Notes: generated by a model not told the origin, from the sequence alone. A stretch of 17,456 bases of DNA from an archaeon (GCA_043813875.1 JBDRKP010000007.1:1-17456); one strand, 5' to 3'; positions 1-8,203 are shown, counted from the first letter of the stretch. Numbers and translations are program-made.

Positions 1-5
1 AAAGT

Positions 6-26
6 GCCTTCTGTGTATAAAGTCAG
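6..26 (+). repeat. Possible degenerate left terminal or subterminal inverted repeat of the IS5-like element
   Basis: TGTGTATAAAGTC (12-24) is the exact reverse complement of GACTTTA+TACACA. That sequence is obtained by removing the MITE (2625-2771) and one 4-bp flank from the right end. The outermost bases match poorly (GCCTTC vs GGCTT). Confidence 0.35.
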
Positions 27-210
27 TTATCAGGGAAAAAGTGACCCATATGAATAACATAATGCATTTTCAATCCACCCATAAACATCTAATAGGCGAT
101 TGGGCAATAACTATAATCGTCATCATCTGATACGATCATTATTTGTTACTTTCAGAGTGTATCAAAAAATGCAAAAGCTTTATTAAAAGTTAAATTTTGT
201 TTAAAAAGTC

Positions 211-849
211 TTATTCAAGAGCCGTAGAGAATAATTGATGTATGGTGCTATTTTTAATAAATTTCTTTACCTTCATTAACATCACGCTATCTTTATCCTT
301 CTTCTTGTCCATTCCTATTTCTTTTTCGAGTGTTCTATAAAATCCAATGATATAAATTTGTCCATAACAATTATTGTTTGTCTTGCAAAGTATGTTTGCT
401 ACCCACAGTTCTGCTTCTTTAGTTTTATCCACATAAACCTGTTTGATAACAAATTGTTGATTTTTGAAGCGCATTTCTATTTCACTTTTAAGATCTTTTA
501 TGAACGAATCTATCTTCTTTTTTAATGGCGTCACCATAGAATCATTATCGATATCTATAAGTATTACGGGCGTACATCTTTGTTTGCATAGATAGATTAA
601 TTGTGATGCTGTCACAGGAATAATTTTAGATTTCCCTCCTTCAGACTTTATTAGGATATCAAACGATTCATGCCCTGTCAATAATCTGTCAAAATATCTT
701 TGTTGAATGGCCTTTCTGCTTTTGTGTATCTCTCTCGTACCTTGATCAAAAGATAATATCTTCTCATCAGGGATTAACAATTTCGTAGTCAGCAATTCTC
801 TCAAAAAAAATGTGTCGTTCTGACCTTCGCTAAGTATTAATCTCTTCAT
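211..849 (-). CDS. TOPRIM-fold putative nuclease (DUF4435/DUF3226/RloB-like), partner of the upstream ABC ATPase
   Basis: N-terminal hydrophobic strand followed by EGQND, a later GGKS and a hydrophobic strand ending in IDID (DxD). This is the TOPRIM E...DxD pattern. Start overlaps the ATPase stop (TAATG at 851-847). Confidence 0.65.
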   Translation of the reverse strand: MKRLILSEGQNDTFFLRELLTTKLLIPDEKILSFDQGTREIHKSRKAIQQRYFDRLLTGHESFDILIKSEGGKSKIIPVTASQLIYLCKQRCTPVILIDIDNDSMVTPLKKKIDSFIKDLKSEIEMRFKNQQFVIKQVYVDKTKEAELWVANILCKTNNNCYGQIYIIGFYRTLEKEIGMDKKKDKDSVMLMKVKKFIKNSTIHQLFSTALE

Positions 850-2048
850 TATGATCCTCTTAGGTCTAATAAAAGTTCTTCTAAATCATTTTGCGCTGTT
901 TTGCGATCTAACTCTTGAACAATTGTCTGATTATTTAATGTATTCATATGAATAATACATAATTCTTTAGAGAGATACTTCTGATAATGTGGTTCTAATT
1001 TGTCTCCAACAACCGTATCCAGAATATCGCTACTGTGCGTTGTTATAAAAAATTGAGCATTATTGTTTTCAGAGAAAGCGAGTATTTGCCGCATTAGTTC
1101 GTTTATATATGCTGGGTGCATACGATTTTCTGGCTCTTCTACAAGTACTATTTCATTTTTTGATGTTGTCTGAGCAAACAAACCAATTAGTGCTTTAAAT
1201 CCATCACCCATAAAAGAAAAAGGTATTTGATATTCATGACCATCCTTTTTAAAAAGTAACATATCGACATCAAATCTTTCTAAGTCTTCTAGAATGTTCC
1301 TACTCTGCAAATATTTCTGTATATCATTTATCTTCGATTTATTGTTTGAAAGCTCTGAAAGCTTTGAACGATCTAAGATTAAATTAGTTATGATCTTTGC
1401 AGTTTTATTGCCGTGCTCTTTGGTTGAATATGGAAATGAACCTGTATTCAATAGCAAATATCTAATCATGCCCATATTATTTCTTTTATTATGAAATAAT
1501 TCTTTTTCAAGCAGATCGATAAGAGGTGTGATTAGCATCATTAAGGTAGGCGAATAAGAAAACAAGAATGTTTTATTCCCTCCAAATTCAATCGTTATTG
1601 CTTCTTTTTTTATCTCAAAAAGTAATTTCTCATCTGTCAATAAGTTGTTATCCAATAGTTCTGTAGTTTTTTTTAAAACATCTTTATTGCTCATACCTTC
1701 TTTATTGGTCATACGTTCAACAACCTTCAATTTTTCAAGTAAATTCCTCTTAAATTCTGGTATGATTTCATTTATCTCAGGTCTTCTCAAAAAAAGATAT
1801 TTATTTTCGCCTTTCATTTTAAGAAGTATCTTTGACTCTTTTGCGTTGATATTAATTAGACTTGATAAATGGGGTTCATATCTCATTTGTATCTCTAAAG
1901 GATTTACTTCCATGGTATAATATATTGCTTCTAGAATTGAAGTTTTGCCCGTATTGTTTTTACCAACGATGATATTGATTTTCTTCGGAAAAAAAGTCAT
2001 ATTAGAAATACCTTTAAAATTAGAAATTTGAACTTCTTTTATATCCAT
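849..2048 (-). CDS. ABC-superfamily ATPase (AAA_15/AAA_21-like, OLD/AriA-type)
   Basis: N-terminal ISNFKGI, Walker A GKNNTGKT, signature-like MGDG, Walker B IVLVEEPE followed by MHP, H-loop ITTHS. No transmembrane segments. Confidence 0.9.
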   Translation of the reverse strand: MDIKEVQISNFKGISNMTFFPKKINIIVGKNNTGKTSILEAIYYTMEVNPLEIQMRYEPHLSSLININAKESKILLKMKGENKYLFLRRPEINEIIPEFKRNLLEKLKVVERMTNKEGMSNKDVLKKTTELLDNNLLTDEKLLFEIKKEAITIEFGGNKTFLFSYSPTLMMLITPLIDLLEKELFHNKRNNMGMIRYLLLNTGSFPYSTKEHGNKTAKIITNLILDRSKLSELSNNKSKINDIQKYLQSRNILEDLERFDVDMLLFKKDGHEYQIPFSFMGDGFKALIGLFAQTTSKNEIVLVEEPENRMHPAYINELMRQILAFSENNNAQFFITTHSSDILDTVVGDKLEPHYQKYLSKELCIIHMNTLNNQTIVQELDRKTAQNDLEELLLDLRGS

Positions 2049-2093
2049 AAAATCCCCATAATTATATGTTTATTGTTTCTTTTGTTAGTTCTT

Positions 2094-2261
2094 TTATTTG
2101 TACTTTTTCTGTCTATCTTTATTCCAATAAGGACTTTTGCATTTTAGATTAGGACATACTTTTGGATGTTTTGTTCCTCTTTGCACCCATTCATGCCCAC
2201 ATCGTTTGCACTTCAATCGGGTTTGGGCAAAAACATGGTGACACATAGGACATTCTACCAT
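2094..2261 (-). CDS. Small Cys-rich zinc-finger protein, 55 aa (absent from the ORF track)
   Basis: Manual translation: MVECPMCHHVFAQTRLKCKRCGHEWVQRGTKHPKVCPNLKCKSPYWNKDRQKKYK*. It has three Cys pairs, including CxxCGHEW and CPxxxCKSPYWN. TATA-like TTTATATA (2292-2285) lies about 24 nt upstream of the ATG. Confidence 0.8.
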   Translation of the reverse strand: MVECPMCHHVFAQTRLKCKRCGHEWVQRGTKHPKVCPNLKCKSPYWNKDRQKKYK

Positions 2262-2270
2262 ATCAAATAA

Positions 2271-2325
2271 TATATACCAATAGGTATATAAATATTGACT
2301 TAAACCATATACTTATAGGTATATA
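2271..2325. promoter_or_regulatory. Twin 20-bp palindromic operator-like sites overlapping TATA-like boxes
   Basis: TATATACC-AATA-GGTATATA (2271-2290, perfect 8-bp arms) and CATATACT-TATA-GGTATATA (2306-2325), 35 bp start to start. Confidence 0.65.
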
Positions 2326-2380
2326 ATCCCGAGCTTTATTTAATCTGAATGTCCCTGTGTCTTGCTACAATTGGGAACTT

Positions 2381-2625
2381 CATTTTGAATTAAATATAGA
2401 TGATTTTACGGTTCACTACCACCAACGAAGCAATATCGAAATCGTTTTCAGCATATAAAGTCTAAATTCGGCAATTCTGTTAGAAGCAAAACATGTACTG
2501 ATCAGGTAAATGAAGTCTTATGCAAAATTATCCGTCATAATATCTGTGTGGTCATTCAGGAAACACACGAGTTGAGGATAACTCCCAATTTCTCTGTAAA
2601 AAGTAAGCGATTTTTCAGACTTTAG
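2381..2625 (+). pseudogene. C-terminal remnant of an IS5-family (IS903-like) DDE transposase, frameshifted and 5'-deleted
   Basis: HFELNIDDFTVHYHQRSNIEIVFS, then a frameshift at about 2453-2455, then IKSKFGNSVRSKTCTDQVNEVLCKIIRHNICVVIQETHELRI. Contains the Y-x2-R-x3-E-x6-K motif once the lost base is restored. No N-terminal part. Confidence 0.8.
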
Positions 2626-2771
2626 AGGCTGTCCAACAATTACGTCAAAATCCACAACATAGTGGCGAATGATACCGTTTCATGAAAGTTTATGATTTTT
2701 ACCATAAATTCAAAAAATCGCAATCCTGCGGGTGTTTCACAAAATTATGCATCTAATTGTCAGACAGCCTC
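2625..2771. mobile_element. MITE, 147 bp, non-coding, 18-bp terminal inverted repeats
   Basis: GAGGCTGTCCAACAATTA (2625-2642) and TAATTGTCAGACAGCCTC (2754-2771) are 16/18 complementary. Flanks TTTA / TTTT are a possible imperfect target duplication. Confidence 0.8.
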
Positions 2772-2772
2772 T

Positions 2773-2786
2773 TTTTACACAAAGCC
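2773..2786 (-). repeat. Right terminal inverted repeat of the IS903-like element
   Basis: Reverse complement GGCTTTGTGTAAAA resembles the GGCTTTGT start of IS903-group ends. It lies just downstream of the transposase remnant. Confidence 0.55.
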
Positions 2787-2803
2787 ACACGCAAGCATAA
2801 GTA

Positions 2804-2844
2804 TTTAAATATTTACATCATTATAGTGTAATACAAAGTATTAC
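2804..2844 (+). promoter_or_regulatory. TATA box plus palindromic operator upstream of the RHH fusion-pgk-gap operon
   Basis: TTTAAATA (2804-2811), then the perfect inverted repeat GTAATAC-AAA-GTATTAC (2828-2844) over the expected transcription start. Confidence 0.6.
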
Positions 2845-2875
2845 CTTTAGATAAAATGTTTTAGTGTGTGTTACT

Positions 2876-3718
2876 ATGGCAGGCAAAGACAGAATATCAA
2901 TAACTTTGGATGAAGACCTAGTCACACGCATAGACCGCATGGTGGATGGATATAATGTCAAGAACAGATCGCATGCAATCGAAAAAATACTGATGAAAAC
3001 GCTCAACGAACAGTCTATCACGCAAGCCATAATCCTTTGCGGCGGAATCGGCCAGAAACTGAAGCCGATCACCTACGAACTGCCGAAACCGATGATCCCT
3101 GTGTGCGATAAGCCGGTGCTCGAGTATATAATATGCCACCTGAAATCAGAGGGCATCACAGACATAATCCTTGTTGTCGATTACAAGCATGAGAAGATAA
3201 TATCATATTTCGGGAAAGGAAGAGCTCTCGGCGTGAATATCCGATATATCATCGAAGACAGACCGCATGGAACGGCAGGTTTCCTGAAATCGGCAAAAGA
3301 CATGATCAATGACACGTTCCTCCTCTTGTACGGAGATGTCTTATCAAAGATAGATATACATGATATGTTAACAACCCACAGGAGCAACAAAGTGCTTGCG
3401 ACAATGGCGCTTACTACTACTTCTGATACCACATCTTTCGGAGTGGCCAAGCTCAAGGGTGAAAAGGTCACGGGTTTCATAGAGAAGCCATCACCCAATG
3501 AATCGCCAAGCAACCTGATAAATGCAGGAGTGTTCATACTGGAACCGGAACTCATGGATAAGGTTCCGACAAGCGTAGATGATAAAATCATGATCGAGAA
3601 GGTATTTGAAGAGCTTGCGAAGCAGGGCAAGCTTGCCGGTTATGTCTATGACGGGAAATGGTTCCACCTGGACTCTCCCGAAGTATATGAAAGAGCTATA
3701 AAGGAGTGGGATAAATAA
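2876..3718 (+). CDS. Ribbon-helix-helix (CopG/NikR-like) domain fused to a sugar-phosphate nucleotidyltransferase domain
   Basis: N-terminal RISITLDEDLVTRIDRMV...NRSHAIEKIL (RHH), then AIILCGGIGQKLKPITYELPKPMIPV, GTAG, YGDVL, FIEKP, INAGVFIL. ATG at 2876 preferred over GTG at 2864. Confidence 0.85.
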   Translation: MAGKDRISITLDEDLVTRIDRMVDGYNVKNRSHAIEKILMKTLNEQSITQAIILCGGIGQKLKPITYELPKPMIPVCDKPVLEYIICHLKSEGITDIILVVDYKHEKIISYFGKGRALGVNIRYIIEDRPHGTAGFLKSAKDMINDTFLLLYGDVLSKIDIHDMLTTHRSNKVLATMALTTTSDTTSFGVAKLKGEKVTGFIEKPSPNESPSNLINAGVFILEPELMDKVPTSVDDKIMIEKVFEELAKQGKLAGYVYDGKWFHLDSPEVYERAIKEWDK

Positions 3719-4962
3719 TGCAGTTCCTTAAAATGGATGACTTCGAAGTTAGCGGAAAAACAATACTTGTAAGAACAGACCTGAATTCGCCCCTGGATGA
3801 AAACAATCAGATCATAGACAATATCAGGATTAAACGGCACTCTGAAACGATCCGTGAGCTATCAGATAAAGGCGCGAAAGTTGTTGTCATGGCGCACCAG
3901 GGCAGAGCGGGCGATTCTGACCTGACCAGGCTTGATGCGCACGCGAGGGCACTTTCAAAGCATGTAGGAAAGATGGTAACGTACATCGATGATATTTTCG
4001 GGACACATGCCAAGAATTCTATCAAAGGACTCAGGGACGGCGATATCATACTCCTTGAGAATGTGAGATTCAATGCAGAAGAGACAGGATTGAAAGAGAA
4101 TCACCATGAGGCGCATATGGTGCGCGAACTCAGGCCGCTTATTGATTATTATGTGAATGACGCATTCGCTGCTTCGCACAGGGCGCATGTATCACTTGTC
4201 GGATTCCCGGAGGTGATTCCCAGCTTTGCGGGCAGGGTGCTGCAAAAGGAACTCGAGATACTGTCAAAGGTCTCGAAAAACCCTGAGAGGCCTGCGATAC
4301 TTTCTGTCGGCGGCAGCAAGATAGACGACACGATGAAAGTGACGGAGCAGATTTTGAGCGCAGGGGCATGCGACAAGGTGCTGACATCCGGCCTTGTCGG
4401 GCTGGTGTTCCTGGTCGCAAGCGGAGAAGAACTCGGCGAGACCACATATAATCTCCTGGTCAAGAAAAAGGCGGATCTTGAGATTCCAAGGGCAAAAAGA
4501 CTGCTTGCCAAGTATGGAAATAAGATCGAGATGCCTGTCGATGTTGCAATATGCGTCAATGATAACAGGATCGAGATGCCGGTAAGGAATCTTCCGTCTG
4601 ACTTTCCCATCCTTGATATCGGCAAAGAGACGATTAAAAAATACAAATCAATACTTAATGAAGCGGCAACTATTGTCGGTAACGGACCTGCGGGGATGTT
4701 TGAGAAGAAGGGATTTGAGAAAGGCACATACGAGCTTCTGAAAGCGATGCATGAATGCAAGGCTTTCACGGTTCTTGGAGGAGGACATCTTGCGCTCGCT
4801 GCCGAGCAGATGGATCTTCTTGATAAACTGGCTCATGTCTCCACCGGAGGCGGGGCATACATACTGTTCATGGCAGGCGAGAGACTCCCGGCGGTGGATG
4901 CGCTTGTCAATGCTGCACAGAAGCAGACGCCATTGATTGTAAGGTCGCAGTATAATGGTTAA
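3718..4962 (+). CDS. pgk: Phosphoglycerate kinase
   Basis: GKTILVRTDLNSP, AHQGR, LLENVRF, NDAFAASHR, GPAGMFE, STGGGA. TAATG overlap with the upstream gene. Confidence 0.97.
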   Translation: MQFLKMDDFEVSGKTILVRTDLNSPLDENNQIIDNIRIKRHSETIRELSDKGAKVVVMAHQGRAGDSDLTRLDAHARALSKHVGKMVTYIDDIFGTHAKNSIKGLRDGDIILLENVRFNAEETGLKENHHEAHMVRELRPLIDYYVNDAFAASHRAHVSLVGFPEVIPSFAGRVLQKELEILSKVSKNPERPAILSVGGSKIDDTMKVTEQILSAGACDKVLTSGLVGLVFLVASGEELGETTYNLLVKKKADLEIPRAKRLLAKYGNKIEMPVDVAICVNDNRIEMPVRNLPSDFPILDIGKETIKKYKSILNEAATIVGNGPAGMFEKKGFEKGTYELLKAMHECKAFTVLGGGHLALAAEQMDLLDKLAHVSTGGGAYILFMAGERLPAVDALVNAAQKQTPLIVRSQYNG

Positions 4963-5003
4963 TTCTAGGGAGCATATAAGATAAGGAATAAGGAGTGATG
5001 AAG

Positions 5004-6026
5004 ATGATAGCGGTAGCTGTAAACGGATACGGGACCATAGGCAAGCGCGTCGCAGACGCGGTGTCAAAGCAGGATGATATGAAAATCGTCGGGGTCGTGA
5101 AGACAAGGCCTACGCAAGAAGCAAGGATGGCGATAGAGAATGGCTATCCTTTGTATGCGAATAGCGCAGAGAATAAGCAGGCATTCCTGGATGCGGGGCT
5201 CGCGGTCGAAGGCACGCTTGATGATCTTTTGGAAAAGGCAGATATTGTTGTAGATTGTACGCCAGGGAAGGTCGGCGCCATGAACAAGGCGATCTATGAG
5301 AAAGCGGGGGTAAAGGCCATATTCCAGGGCGGCGAGAAGGCAAAGACAGCACAGGCATCGTTTAATGCGCAGAGCAATTACGCAGAGAGCCTGGGCAAGG
5401 ATTTCGTGCGCGTGGTGTCGTGCAATACGACGGGATTGTGCAGGACTTTGAGTGCGATTGAGAAGAAGTTCGGGATTGCCAAGGTACGTGCGACTTTGAT
5501 CAGGCGAGGGCCGGACCCGGGAGATTCGAAGAAAGGGCCGGTGAATGCGATTGTTCCTGATCCGGCTACTGTTCCCAGCCATCACGGGCCGGATGTCAAT
5601 ACGATTTTCCCGAATATGGATATCATGACGAGCGCAGTCATTGTTCCGACAACGCTCATGCATCTTCATACTGTGAATGTGGAGCTCAAGGATGCTGCAA
5701 ATACCGAGCAGGTCAAGGAGGTTTTCCGCAACACTCCAAGAGTAATACTTGTCAAGGCAAGCGAGGGATTCACATCCACTGCAGAGATCATGGAATATGC
5801 GCGCGACAGAGGCACGAAGAGAGGGGATCTCAATGAGATTGCCGTGTGGGATGAGAGCATAAATGTGATCGGAAAAGAATTGTTCTATATCCAGGCAATC
5901 CATCAGGAGTCTGATGTGGTTCCCGAGAATGTCGACTGCATACGGGCCATGATGGGGACTATCACTGACGCGAAGGCTTCTATCAGGAAGACGGATGAGG
6001 CGCTTGGGCTTAAGATATGGTGGTAG
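5004..6026 (+). CDS. gap: Archaeal type II glyceraldehyde-3-phosphate dehydrogenase
   Basis: [17 protein letters not shown], catalytic [32 protein letters not shown]-like GGAGTGA at 4992-4998. Alternative starts at 4995 and 4998. Confidence 0.97.
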   Translation: MIAVAVNGYGTIGKRVADAVSKQDDMKIVGVVKTRPTQEARMAIENGYPLYANSAENKQAFLDAGLAVEGTLDDLLEKADIVVDCTPGKVGAMNKAIYEKAGVKAIFQGGEKAKTAQASFNAQSNYAESLGKDFVRVVSCNTTGLCRTLSAIEKKFGIAKVRATLIRRGPDPGDSKKGPVNAIVPDPATVPSHHGPDVNTIFPNMDIMTSAVIVPTTLMHLHTVNVELKDAANTEQVKEVFRNTPRVILVKASEGFTSTAEIMEYARDRGTKRGDLNEIAVWDESINVIGKELFYIQAIHQESDVVPENVDCIRAMMGTITDAKASIRKTDEALGLKIWW

Positions 6027-6039
6027 AAAAGGATTTTTG

Positions 6040-6054
6040 GGGCAGATTCTGCCC
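6040..6054. terminator. Short GC hairpin downstream of gap (possible terminator or stability element)
   Basis: GGGCAG-ATT-CTGCCC, preceded by a T5 run, about 14 nt after the gap stop codon. Confidence 0.3.
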
Positions 6055-6185
6055 TATAGACCTTAATTCTTCTGAGTTTATGAAAAGATTTAAAAAATGA
6101 ATACTCTTTAGTTGTAACATCTAGCGATTTCATTCAGTTGGCAGATAATCTGCTTATCAAATGTGTTTTTATCAAGGTTGTTAAG

Positions 6186-7682
6186 ATGCCGCGTTCAATG
6201 ACAAATATTTCCAGATGTGAATATATGATTGAGGGTATGGGAATAGGTGATGCAGCGGCAGCGCCTTATGAACATCTTTCACGAAACCAGATAGAAGATA
6301 TGCTTGATCTTACGGGATATCCCGAAAGGCCAGGTGACCGCTCGATGCGATTTCCAGGAAAATATACAGACGATACGCAAATGGCTGTTGCTGTAGCTGA
6401 ATTACTCTATTCTGGCAAAGAGTTTAACCGTGATAATCTTACATCTCATATATACAAAGCCTATCACAGGGACAAGCGACCCGGCTATTCCAAATATACT
6501 ACAGAGGCACTTGAATCTCCAACAACTGAAGAATATATGGCAAATATCAAGCACTCTGACAGAAACGGAGCGATTCCACGAAATGTCCCGATTGGGGTCC
6601 TAAGAAATACAGAAAATGTAATCAATTATGCTATAATAAACAGCGAACTGGATCACAATACTCCTCAGAGCATAACATCTTCTGTTTTTGTCGCACTTGC
6701 ATCCCATTATATGTTCCATGAACTGGGAAAGCCACAGAACATATACCGCTTTTGCATAGATAAGATGAGGGAGTATCATGCAGAGTCAGCGTTTGACGAA
6801 GATACGATTGAATATCTACGATGCGTCTCTTTGATGGATGAAGTGGATGAAAACCTGCTTTTTGGAGCTAACTCCATTAGTCACGGTGTGCCGGTAGATG
6901 CCAAAAGAACGGCTGGCGCCGTGCTGTACATACTTACAAATCACTCAGACGAGGCATATGAAACTCTTGAGGAATCAATACTTCTTGGGGGAGACACGGA
7001 TACTGTTGCTGCGACATGTCTTGGCATGGTTGCGAGCTGGAAAGGGCTTGAAGGATTACCGAAATCTCTGATAGATAATTTTGAAGATGGAGAATACGGC
7101 ATCAAGTATCTTCGCGATACTGGCAAGAAACTTGCCACGATCCTACCCATAGAACTAGAGAATTTTGAACGACGCGATCGTCCTGAACTGCGCAAGTATA
7201 AATTAACCCATGGACTTGACGGCATTATGCAACCAATAGATATGATTTATATGGTAGAATTGATGAAAAGACAGATGGAAATGGTGCCATACAAGCCAGG
7301 TGACTACATATTGGGAATAGAATCTACAGGATATTTTGCTGCTGCTGCTGCTGCCTTGGCAACGGGCCTTAAACTGGTCAGCGCAAAAAAAACAGATCTT
7401 GTAGTTCCTGAAGATATAAACGTAATAAGATTCGAAGAGCCCAGCAGCCCGCGCGAGAAGCTATTCATATATGGACTCTCTCCAGGCGATAGAGTCATAA
7501 TCATAGATGATGAGATAAGAACAGCAAAAACATCCGAGAACTTATATCATGCTTTAAGTGAGCAAGGCATTGAGGTTGTGGCTATTGTCAACCCAATAGA
7601 ATCTCTCAGATACGGCGCGAATGAAAAAATCAAGAATCTAGGTTTTGATCTAATCAGCCACACAAAGCATAATCTGCCATGA
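6186..7682 (+). CDS. ADP-ribosylglycohydrolase (ARH/DraG family) fused to a C-terminal type I phosphoribosyltransferase domain
   Basis: ARH motifs GIGDAAAAPYE, YTDDTQMA, NGAIPR, GGDTDTVAA. PRTase motifs ILGIESTG, SAKK, GDRVIIIDDEIRTAKT. Start uncertain (ATG 6186 or 6198; the track uses TTG 6138). Confidence 0.85.
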   Translation: MPRSMTNISRCEYMIEGMGIGDAAAAPYEHLSRNQIEDMLDLTGYPERPGDRSMRFPGKYTDDTQMAVAVAELLYSGKEFNRDNLTSHIYKAYHRDKRPGYSKYTTEALESPTTEEYMANIKHSDRNGAIPRNVPIGVLRNTENVINYAIINSELDHNTPQSITSSVFVALASHYMFHELGKPQNIYRFCIDKMREYHAESAFDEDTIEYLRCVSLMDEVDENLLFGANSISHGVPVDAKRTAGAVLYILTNHSDEAYETLEESILLGGDTDTVAATCLGMVASWKGLEGLPKSLIDNFEDGEYGIKYLRDTGKKLATILPIELENFERRDRPELRKYKLTHGLDGIMQPIDMIYMVELMKRQMEMVPYKPGDYILGIESTGYFAAAAAALATGLKLVSAKKTDLVVPEDINVIRFEEPSSPREKLFIYGLSPGDRVIIIDDEIRTAKTSENLYHALSEQGIEVVAIVNPIESLRYGANEKIKNLGFDLISHTKHNLP

Positions 7683-7725
7683 GACATACAGGAAAACAGA
7701 AAAAGGATTGTGTTCCAATAAGGTC

Positions 7726-8187
7726 ATGCACATAAATCAGCTGTCTTTAAAGGAAATAAGCACTTCTCTGTTTTTTGGTGCTTTGCTTTATTTTGTTAAT
7801 GTCAGTTTCATCTCGTGGATGTTTGCGGCTTATCCTGAGACGCAGGCGCTTGTTTTCGGGAAGGGGACGTGGTGGCTTGGTGCGGCTCTTTCAGTGAAAG
7901 TGGTCTATGTCGGACTGATCGGGCCGGTGTTTGAGGAGTTGGTTTTTCGGCGCGCGCTTTTGGGGTATTTTGCCGGCAGGGGGCAGCAGATCTTCGGGCT
8001 TGCTCTATCTACTATACTTTTCGGGGGATATCACCTGCTTTTCGGGTGGGGGATGCTCAAGGCAGTGCTCATGATAGTTCCGGGACTTGTGTTCGGGGTC
8101 ATGTTCCTTAAATACGGGTTCAAGGGATGCCTAACGTGTCATCTGTCGAATAATATCCTGGCGGTGTGGGCGCTTGCTAATAGTTAA
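7726..8187 (+). CDS. CPBP family (CAAX/Abi) intramembrane glutamic endopeptidase
   Basis: EELVFR (EExxxR), FGGYH (FxxxH) and HLSNN (HxxxN) within several hydrophobic helices. ATG 7726 preferred over TTG 7708. Confidence 0.9.
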   Translation: MHINQLSLKEISTSLFFGALLYFVNVSFISWMFAAYPETQALVFGKGTWWLGAALSVKVVYVGLIGPVFEELVFRRALLGYFAGRGQQIFGLALSTILFGGYHLLFGWGMLKAVLMIVPGLVFGVMFLKYGFKGCLTCHLSNNILAVWALANS

Positions 8188-8203
8188 ATGAGGGAGAGGA
8201 GAT

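Noticed and set aside
1..57. Possible 3' end of a plus-strand gene (KVPSVYKVSYQGKSDPYE*)
   Set aside because: Only 18 codons with no recognisable motif, and it overlaps the candidate IS end. Cannot be supported without upstream sequence.
2821..6133. Long antisense and alternate-frame ORFs over the RHH fusion, pgk and gap (e.g. 4149-4769, 5064-5903)
   Set aside because: Shadow ORFs of well-supported genes with no motifs of their own.
6042..6153. Two related palindromes GCAGA-T-TCTGC and GCAGA-TAA-TCTGC around the ARH-PRTase promoter
   Set aside because: Short arms with different spacers. Compatible with chance or a terminator hairpin.
7338..7352. (GCT)n microsatellite
   Set aside because: An in-frame poly-Ala helix in the PRTase domain. 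A triplet repeat would not cause phase variation.
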